The notes under the pieces were generated by a model. It saw nothing but the letters and a program-made list of their open reading frames with translations, had not been told where the DNA came from and did no database searches. DNA of 64,000 nt from Klebsiella phage phiKp_32. Where the stretch lies: sequence record LC768500.1; one strand, written 5' to 3'. The position numbers and the translations under genes are program-made. Of the stretch, positions 57,511-64,000 are shown one piece after another. Each line of letters opens with the position of its first letter. The first letter of the stretch is position 1.

Positions 57511-58035
57511 CTCGGTAGTCGTCGAAGAAGTGACTTTCGTTACAACAGATTTAGTTGCTGCTTTGGCTTTGGTCATTAGGAATTTAGGATCAAAGAGATT
57601 GACCGTTCCTGAAGCCTGATCGACAATTTGATCAATGTTGCCGAGTAGGCCTTTGATGGCAACTTGCGAAGCATAAACCAAATCGTTGGCGTTATCTAAA
57701 TCCCTCGTAGTCGTAATAAGTTTTAAACGAGTGAGCTTGTAGCATCTAACATAGTCAGTATTCTGATCCAAGCAATCATTTGCCTTAAGCCATTCGTCGA
57801 GTACGATGAGTTGACTAATGGGTTCTACCGGATTATCAGAAACGAGTTCCTTTGGGACGGTATGGGCAGCTTCTTTCAATTGCTGAAGATTGATTCCCAT
57901 GCTACTGACTTGAGCGGCTTGAGCCTCCACCTGAAGTTTGGTGTTGGCTTCGCTGACTGTGGTCTTGTGGCTGCACCCCGTCACTAAGATCATCAGCGCC
58001 GTAACGGCTAAGCATTTCATTATACGTTTTTTCAC
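57502..58035 (-). CDS. outer-membrane spanin component (o-spanin, lipoprotein)
   Basis: GTG start with a GAGGT RBS. Signal peptide MKKRIMKCLAVTALMILVTG-C with lipobox VTGC. The start is embedded 134 nt inside the 3' end of the upstream TM-anchored gene in another frame. Confidence 0.55.
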   Translation of the reverse strand: MKKRIMKCLAVTALMILVTGCSHKTTVSEANTKLQVEAQAAQVSSMGINLQQLKEAAHTVPKELVSDNPVEPISQLIVLDEWLKANDCLDQNTDYVRCYKLTRLKLITTTRDLDNANDLVYASQVAIKGLLGNIDQIVDQASGTVNLFDPKFLMTKAKAATKSVVTKVTSSTTTEQK

Positions 58036-58294
58036 GATCTTGACCTCGACGATCTAACATAAGAGCAAGTTGAGCGTTGAGTTTAGTTTGGCTAGCTGTG
58101 GAGATTTCGATAGCCTCCCGTAAACTCTTCATTTGGTCAGTGATTTTTGCCATCTGACCCACGGTTTCTTGATCGACTGTATCCTTAGGGAAAAACCGAT
58201 TAACCCCAAGAATAATCATGATGACCAATAATAATAAAATAACGATCCCGTCTTTAACTACACTTCCGACATTATCTTTAGTAATAACCGACAT
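57902..58294 (-). CDS. inner-membrane spanin component (i-spanin)
   Basis: N-terminal TM segment (GIVILLLLVIMIILGV) followed by a helical periplasmic domain. Its 3' end overlaps the lipoprotein gene (Rz/Rz1-like overlapped architecture). RBS is AGAGGT. Confidence 0.5.
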   Translation of the reverse strand: MSVITKDNVGSVVKDGIVILLLLVIMIILGVNRFFPKDTVDQETVGQMAKITDQMKSLREAIEISTASQTKLNAQLALMLDRRGQDREKTYNEMLSRYGADDLSDGVQPQDHSQRSQHQTSGGGSSRSSQ

Positions 58295-58305
58295 GACGAA
58301 TACCT

Positions 58306-59538
58306 CTAAACTAGAGCATGGATTTTGAACACAAAGCCAGTCACAAGGTCATCGCTAAAGTAACGGTTACGGAAAGCATGATAGAGATCCCCCCCGTTAT
58401 CGACGCCCGTGAGGCCATTAACGTAATCCGGGGTTAACCGGATATCGGTACTCCACAGCATTTGGTTACCACCTCTTTTAGAAATATAAGAGGGGAACAG
58501 GCCGTTGCTCAACATAAGAGGATGAGCGTAGGTGTCGTTAACCAAGAAGACTGTAGGGTAGCGATAGGTGATCAGTGGAGTTATCGTAATCCCGAAGTCT
58601 GGATTATCAAACACCACAAAAAAACTGTTTTGATTTAAAAGAAGTGCTTTAAACGTTTCCGCAGTATAAAGCTTATCTTTAGCAATGACTTTACGTTCCT
58701 TAGGATAAAGGTTACTTAAGTCAACGTAATTAAGAGATTCGAAAATTCGCTCGGGCCATTTATAATGACGGTAGTCGATACGTAGTCTTTTCTCACCCGT
58801 TCTTGTAACCAGGGGAGAACCTGTGACTAATCTTCCAGCGATAACTAACCAAACCTTCTTATCTTTGATAGGAACGTCTAGTTCGACTTCTAAACCAGTG
58901 AATCCATCTTCGTCAATGAACTTTATCATATCTTCGGTAAATGGACGTGTCTCTAAAGCAGATACTTTGGAGAAGTCATAGATGTCAACGTGACTGCTGT
59001 CATTAATGCGGTAATTCTTCCCGCCGTTTAAAAGATAGATCCCGTCGTCTCTACTTATTCCTCTAATGAAATGCCCGTTGAGATTAAAAAGACATTTCGT
59101 GATAAGGTCGTCGTATTTGCGGGTTGTCACAATGGTAGTTAGTAACAGATCCGGCGCTTCACTAACACTAACCAGGGCTTGACGATCCACGGACAACAGA
59201 TGATTAGCCGGAGCGATACGATAGCCGCTTAATTGAGCGTCACCACGTTGAACATAAACCAACTTCTCTCCCGGGAGTTCCGAAGAGAGAGTAAGAGGAT
59301 CGTTCTCTTTTGTCAGCAGCCAGGCTTCAATGGTCCCATCGAAAGTTTGAAATTCATACTGATAGTCAAAGGCGTTTAAACAAAGTTGTTTACCTACTAA
59401 TTCGTCGAGAATAACTATTCGTAATTTACTGTAGGTTTTAAAGTACTGGTTGGTCTTTAAAGTGCTTAAATCTACAACGGCTTCTCCAGCGTGCCCTGTG
59501 AGAGCAACGCCTACGGCTCGTACATACTGATAAGACAT
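58306..59538 (-). CDS. tail fiber-like protein, paralog sharing N-terminal anchor domain with 59640 and 62786 genes
   Basis: ATG at 59538 with a GGAAGAGGG RBS. N-terminal YQYVRAVGVALTGHAGE...LRIVILDELVGKQLCLNAFDYQYEF aligns with ...RITGELAS...LTIVNSDTNAPLVLGEDYVFSY of the 59640 gene. Confidence 0.45.
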   Translation of the reverse strand: MSYQYVRAVGVALTGHAGEAVVDLSTLKTNQYFKTYSKLRIVILDELVGKQLCLNAFDYQYEFQTFDGTIEAWLLTKENDPLTLSSELPGEKLVYVQRGDAQLSGYRIAPANHLLSVDRQALVSVSEAPDLLLTTIVTTRKYDDLITKCLFNLNGHFIRGISRDDGIYLLNGGKNYRINDSSHVDIYDFSKVSALETRPFTEDMIKFIDEDGFTGLEVELDVPIKDKKVWLVIAGRLVTGSPLVTRTGEKRLRIDYRHYKWPERIFESLNYVDLSNLYPKERKVIAKDKLYTAETFKALLLNQNSFFVVFDNPDFGITITPLITYRYPTVFLVNDTYAHPLMLSNGLFPSYISKRGGNQMLWSTDIRLTPDYVNGLTGVDNGGDLYHAFRNRYFSDDLVTGFVFKIHALV

Positions 59539-59639
59539 AGCGCCCTCTTCCGGAATTCTATGGTTCATTATTTAAATTCATTCATAGGATCGGGCCGCTT
59601 AGCGTGGCGAGGTCTTCTAACCGCCAAACAGGATTCGAT

Positions 59640-62411
59640 ATGTCAGAATATTTATATCCTTGGAATCCCTTCCAAGATGATGATGACGCCCGTATCACTG
59701 GAGAGCTCGCGAGTGTACCCGGGGGAACCCGTGTGCTGGTCGTTCCTAGAGCCGCTCCTTTCTTTTCCGAAAACTTAACTATTGTCAATTCGGATACTAA
59801 TGCCCCGTTGGTATTAGGTGAAGACTACGTCTTCAGTTATCCGTTTATGGATTTTATCAAGAATTATTCCAAAAACGTTTATGGTGGGATAATTCTTCTC
59901 AAAGCAACCACCGCTTTGAACATTTCAATAAGTTATGACACCATCGGCGGGCCGTTCGTTTTAGATGACGTTGCGTACGCTGAAGCTGTGGCCAACATCA
60001 TCTCATCCGGGAGATTGGCAGATTGGAGTCAGGTCGTTAATCTCCCTTCTGGTTTCCCAGCCGATCCCCACGACCATCCAGAAAGCCAAACTTATAACTA
60101 CAACGAGTTCATGGCTAACCTCACTCTGATGATTGAGGCGATGAACAATGAAACGAATAACCCGACTGTCCAGACGCAGCTGACACAGCACAGTGCCGAT
60201 AACTTAAGAATCGCGCATCCCAACGGCGAGCCAGAGGATGTGGGATTAAGCAATCTTCACGATTACCCGGTGGCTCAAGAAAGTGATTTCGACGGTAATT
60301 CCAACCAGTTATATATGGTTCTTGGTATTACGAAGAAACTCATCGATAAAATGTTAGCCGAGTTCTTGAACGGATCGTTACCCGCTGACTTCGAAGAAAC
60401 GGTTCAAGAAATCTACGATCAAATGAACTCTTACTTGCAGCAAACGGCTACGCTCGCTGGGCAAGTTGATAACAAGCTGTCGAACACCATCAACGGTTTG
60501 GAAACCTTCGATAATGGCGCGACACTGACGTCAACCAAGGATATGTTATTCCATACCCCAACTAACAGTTGGTACTATTGGGGTGGGACTTATCCTACTG
60601 GCGGTTACGTTGTCAGCGGCGGGGCTTCCCCTTACGATGCTTCAGGTAATCTGATAGCCGGTTGGAAAGTGGCTGGTGCAGTTGAGCTTGAAACCAGACT
60701 CTCTTCGAAAACCATCGGCCTGGGTGGGGACATCGTAGGTTACACGGCAGTAGCTGGAGCAATAGCCCGTACTGTGAATGACCGACTCCGGGATACGATT
60801 AGTGTAAGGGACTATTATCAAAGTAGTGATAATGGTAACTGGGCCTTGGCTTATAACCGGGCTAAAGCAGTCAACCCTAAAGTTTGGTTCCCGAGATCCG
60901 ATTCTGCGTACATCGTTACTTCAACGTTGGCTCTGTCCGCTGGAGGTGGGATATACTCAAACGGCGCAACTATAAGCTCTCCTCCTGCGGCTGACGCCAC
61001 GGGTACAGCACTGATAAAGGTCATTTCGGCGACAAGTGTTTCCGACATCGAGCTAAGCGGGATAACTATCGATGGTGGGGTTAACGAAACACTGACGTCT
61101 AAAAACTACACTCGACCTGTTCAGATGACCGGATGCACTAATATTCGGTTTAGGAACGTTAGGATCGTAAACAATCCTGATTGGAGTTTTTCACTAGAAT
61201 CGTGTAAACAGATCATTATTGACAATTACTATCAACGTTCTTTCGTCTATGCCAACAGTGCGACGACTACATCGTTAGCGGGCGGTCGAGACGGCGGTCA
61301 CTTGATGGACTGTGTCGACGCAACATTAACGAATCTGGATATCGAGTCTGGTGACGATTGTATCGGGATCACGTCTAAACTGTCAGGCTGTGCTAACATC
61401 ACAGTGAGAGGGCTTAAAGGAAGCTCGGTTATCGCCAGTCTTCTGATTTATAACGAAGAACAGGACGGGTCGTCGAATTATTATTCGCAACCTTGTTCTC
61501 GTTTAAAATTCTCCGAGATCCATGTAAAAGATGGAGCTAACTGTCGCAACATCGTTCGAGTTAAGAAATACGGCTCTACTTCTGTCATTAACGATGTCTC
61601 GATAACGGGAGTAAGCGGGAAAGCCAATAACAGTTACGGTGTATGGGTGGGTGGTGTTAATAACGTTTACCTCAACGATATTAACGTCGAATCAACTCAG
61701 GTTCATGGTGCGTATATTGAGAACTGCTCGAGGGTAAGAGGTAACGTAAAAGGTAAAGCCAACGTTTCCACTTATCACGGCGTTATTGTGTACAACTCCA
61801 ATAACTGTGATCTGACATTGGATTCTGACCAATCTGCGGGTTACGGGATTTATCTGGATACGGTGAGTAATTCAGTAATACGTCCGTATTCATATAACTG
61901 TGGTGCTGGGTTATTCTCCTCTTCGGCAGGCGGTGGTTGCAGGATGGTGAACTGCTCCTACGTCAATATGCCTCAGGGCAATCTCTATGGTACTACAACG
62001 GTTTCCTATTACGGATTGAATTATTCGACTGGAAATACGAACTGTACCTTTGGGTTGGATCTGATGTTCTTCGGCCTGGTTCCTTCCACCAGACTGCCAA
62101 CCGCATATTACTTGAAGGCCCCTGCAGTCAGCCTTAAATTCAAAGAGGACTCCGCGGGAACTTTATCGACCTACTCCGCTATAGGGTGTACGTTGACCCG
62201 TAACGCCGCAGGGAACTATACCGTTGCGTTCTCAAGCAATATGAACTCGACCGGTTTCCAGTGGGTGTTGGAAGCTTACCATAACGGGGCCAGAAGAACG
62301 GTTCAGTTATCTTCAGCGGTGACGGTAGGTGGGTTTAGTTTCTTGACCCAAGACTCGGCCGGAACAACAACATATGCCGATCATGTTAGTTTGATGGCTT
62401 GGAATACTTAA
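59640..62411 (+). CDS. tailspike / tail fiber with right-handed parallel beta-helix (pectate-lyase-like, probable polysaccharide depolymerase)
   Basis: ATG at 59640 with an AGGA RBS. The N-terminal anchor domain is shared with its paralogs. The central region (IELSGITIDGGVNETL...NIRFRNVRIVNNPDWSFSLESCKQIIIDNYY...GGHLMDCVDATLTNLDIESGDDCIGITS) is typical of pectate-lyase_3 / GH28-like beta-helix depolymerases. Confidence 0.6.
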   Translation: MSEYLYPWNPFQDDDDARITGELASVPGGTRVLVVPRAAPFFSENLTIVNSDTNAPLVLGEDYVFSYPFMDFIKNYSKNVYGGIILLKATTALNISISYDTIGGPFVLDDVAYAEAVANIISSGRLADWSQVVNLPSGFPADPHDHPESQTYNYNEFMANLTLMIEAMNNETNNPTVQTQLTQHSADNLRIAHPNGEPEDVGLSNLHDYPVAQESDFDGNSNQLYMVLGITKKLIDKMLAEFLNGSLPADFEETVQEIYDQMNSYLQQTATLAGQVDNKLSNTINGLETFDNGATLTSTKDMLFHTPTNSWYYWGGTYPTGGYVVSGGASPYDASGNLIAGWKVAGAVELETRLSSKTIGLGGDIVGYTAVAGAIARTVNDRLRDTISVRDYYQSSDNGNWALAYNRAKAVNPKVWFPRSDSAYIVTSTLALSAGGGIYSNGATISSPPAADATGTALIKVISATSVSDIELSGITIDGGVNETLTSKNYTRPVQMTGCTNIRFRNVRIVNNPDWSFSLESCKQIIIDNYYQRSFVYANSATTTSLAGGRDGGHLMDCVDATLTNLDIESGDDCIGITSKLSGCANITVRGLKGSSVIASLLIYNEEQDGSSNYYSQPCSRLKFSEIHVKDGANCRNIVRVKKYGSTSVINDVSITGVSGKANNSYGVWVGGVNNVYLNDINVESTQVHGAYIENCSRVRGNVKGKANVSTYHGVIVYNSNNCDLTLDSDQSAGYGIYLDTVSNSVIRPYSYNCGAGLFSSSAGGGCRMVNCSYVNMPQGNLYGTTTVSYYGLNYSTGNTNCTFGLDLMFFGLVPSTRLPTAYYLKAPAVSLKFKEDSAGTLSTYSAIGCTLTRNAAGNYTVAFSSNMNSTGFQWVLEAYHNGARRTVQLSSAVTVGGFSFLTQDSAGTTTYADHVSLMAWNT

Positions 62412-62419
62412 GGAAGATT

Positions 62420-62674
62420 ATGTCTATTACCGCAGTACTTTCAGGTACCGTTAATCTCTCTTCGCTGAAAGATCAGAGCAGTAAGGCTCATGTTCTTGAA
62501 ATCATTAAAGAAAGAATGAGTTACGAAAAACCAGACATTGAGTTAACTTTATCGGTCGATAACACGGTCGTTAACAGTTACGCCTTTGTCAGTGGTGACG
62601 CGTTGACAGTTCCTGATGACTTCAGCTTTGTTTTTAACGGTATTGTTGCCGACGTTATCGCTAACGCTAATTAG
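62420..62674 (+). CDS. small hypothetical protein downstream of tailspike (possible chaperone or adaptor)
   Basis: ATG at 62420 with an AAGGAAG RBS. Followed by a terminator. Confidence 0.35.
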   Translation: MSITAVLSGTVNLSSLKDQSSKAHVLEIIKERMSYEKPDIELTLSVDNTVVNSYAFVSGDALTVPDDFSFVFNGIVADVIANAN

Positions 62675-62685
62675 AAAACCTAATA

Positions 62686-62730
62686 AGGTAGGGGAGGGCG
62701 TTAGCCCTCCCCTACCTAGTCGATTTTATG
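62686..62730 (+). terminator. rho-independent terminator (inverted orientation of the GGTAGG/CCTACC stem family)
   Basis: 14-bp stem AGGTAGGGGAGGGC-GTTA-GCCCTCCCCTACCT, followed by a GATTTTATGATT tract. Confidence 0.6.
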
Positions 62731-62785
62731 ATTCAGGCTTAATATTCGTGGAGTGTGATACTCACTCCACCACGAGGTGAGATCA

Positions 62786-64000
62786 ATGAACTATCCTAAT
62801 ATTCCCGAATACCGTTTGGATATCACGGGGAAAAACCCAGAGAACTTAATTCATTTTGAACAGCTTCAACGAGAAGATGATGTTCGTAAAATGATCGTCG
62901 TCCCTCGTCACGCTCCATTTTACATAGAAAGCGTAATTTTAACTTTCCCTGACGGCACACCGATGGTTTACGGGACTCATTATGAATTCTTTAATATCAT
63001 GGGAGAGCTTTCTCGCAGAACAGGGAAGGCGGTTGGGTGTTTTATTAAGATTTTGGATAAAACGATAACCCGATTTAACGCTCGTTACCAGACGGTCGGT
63101 TCGGTTTCTCTTTTCGACAAGAGCTTCTTAGATCTCTATAACGCGGTTATAGATGATCAGAGGTCAGTATGGTTTGACGAAATCGACAATAAACCCGCAT
63201 TGTTTGATCCAGAGCAGCACGGGCATGATGTCAGATACGGCGTGTACGCCTTTAAAGATCTCGCAGACGCATTCGAGCAGATGGTAGCCAACACCGTAGG
63301 CGGTGAAGGGTATCACGCACCCTATGAAGAGTTCTTCGTCCAGCGCATCAATAACGCGATCAGTTACCTTTCACAAGTACAGAGTCGTTGCATAGCACTA
63401 ATTAACGAACACGCCAGTAACAAGATCAATGTGCATGGTATCGATAATGTTAAAGTAGGATTGGGTAACGTTGATAACATCGGGACTTACACTTCCGATA
63501 ATTGGGGGGGTACTATCGATGACAAACATCGTATAACTCCAGGGTATCTGAAAAAGTTAGCCGAAAACACCACTGTGGATCTTAGCAACTTGGTCCAACC
63601 TGGCGTTCTCCCAATTGCTCGCTACGGTGAAAACTTTTACATCCCTCCGGTTATCGATGGATCCTTTAAAGGGGTTGGGACCAGACAGCCTTGGCGAGTG
63701 GCCTGTTTAGAAAGAAACGGTTATCTAGTGGCAATAGGTAATTACAAGGACGTCAATACAGACGTGTTGATGTACATGTATAACAAAACCCCGTTTGTTT
63801 CACCGGCCAATTCCAGTAACTGGATAAATACGCGTTATGAGTATAACCCCACTCGTGCTGTTGAAGACGGTGTTAAACTCACCACGGTCATTAAAGGCGG
63901 TGATTATCGCTGGATGATTGTAGGTAACGACCAAACCAACAAGTGGTACGTGGTTAATTGTAATTCTACATTCAACCCGGTGAGTCATGTTCTCACGCCA
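62786..64000 (+). CDS. tail fiber/tailspike paralog (3' partial, runs off window)
   Basis: ATG at 62786 with a GAGGTGA RBS. The frame is open to the window end. N-terminal MIVVPRHAPFYIESVILTFPDGTPMVYGTHYEFFN aligns with VLVVPRAAPFFSENLTIVNSDTNAPLVLGEDYVFSY of the 59640 gene. DPEQHGHDVRYG aligns with DPHDHPESQTYN. Confidence 0.5.
   Translation, partial: MNYPNIPEYRLDITGKNPENLIHFEQLQREDDVRKMIVVPRHAPFYIESVILTFPDGTPMVYGTHYEFFNIMGELSRRTGKAVGCFIKILDKTITRFNARYQTVGSVSLFDKSFLDLYNAVIDDQRSVWFDEIDNKPALFDPEQHGHDVRYGVYAFKDLADAFEQMVANTVGGEGYHAPYEEFFVQRINNAISYLSQVQSRCIALINEHASNKINVHGIDNVKVGLGNVDNIGTYTSDNWGGTIDDKHRITPGYLKKLAENTTVDLSNLVQPGVLPIARYGENFYIPPVIDGSFKGVGTRQPWRVACLERNGYLVAIGNYKDVNTDVLMYMYNKTPFVSPANSSNWINTRYEYNPTRAVEDGVKLTTVIKGGDYRWMIVGNDQTNKWYVVNCNSTFNPVSHVLTP

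Noticed and set aside
1-64000. tRNA genes, CRISPR arrays, integrase or transposase
   Set aside because: Intergenic regions are all under 180 bp. They contain only terminator hairpins and RBS regions. No cloverleaf-like sequences (GTTCGAATCC-type T-arms) or regularly spaced repeats were found.
1-64000. Phage nucleus shell (chimallin), PhuZ tubulin and terminase large subunit
   Set aside because: No tubulin GGGTGSG-type signature and no Walker-A/B ATPase with a nuclease domain was found. No ORF could be argued to be chimallin from sequence alone.

Overview
This window is a gene-dense segment (about 70 CDS, short intergenic spacers, many ATGA or TAATG start/stop overlaps, genes on both strands) of a large tailed dsDNA phage genome. 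The features fit a phiKZ-like (Chimalliviridae-type) jumbo myovirus of an enterobacterial host; the host is inferred from E. coli-like optimal codons in the most biased genes. The main supports for that reading are:

- **Two RNA polymerase beta-prime fragments.** One is partial at the window start. The other (4702..5994) has a catalytic-loop-like motif, a bridge helix and a CxxCYG zinc motif.
- **Split family-B DNA polymerase.** The N-terminal half carries exo motifs I-III and motif A.
- **Major capsid protein.** A 728-aa, strongly codon-optimised protein (39519..41705) has the size typical of phiKZ-like capsid proteins.
- **Putative propeptide protein.** An Ala/Glu-rich protein carries A-x-E motifs typical of prohead-protease substrates.
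- **Replication and recombination genes.** A DnaB-like helicase, an SF2 DEAH-type helicase and a RuvC-like resolvase.
- **Homing endonuclease.** A free-standing, low-GC HNH gene bracketed by terminators.
- **Spanin pair.** An overlapped i-spanin / o-spanin gene pair.
- **Tail fiber/tailspike paralogs.** Three at the 3' end share an N-terminal anchor domain; one has a right-handed beta-helix (pectate-lyase-like) domain.

The most unusual items are:

- **Glycine-zipper trio.** Three tandem paralogous membrane protein genes (47866..49358) with host-optimal codons, bracketed by terminators.
- **Terminator family.** About a dozen rho-independent terminators share a CCTACCC / GGGTAGG stem, and two copies are identical over 33 nt.
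- **Acidic DNA-mimic candidate** (4198..4647).
- **Secreted protein moron** (35651..36109), beside the HNH gene.
- **Membrane-anchored HExxH metallopeptidase** (12963..14288).

No tRNA, CRISPR array, integrase or transposase was seen. Most structural-module ORFs have no function I can assign from sequence alone.
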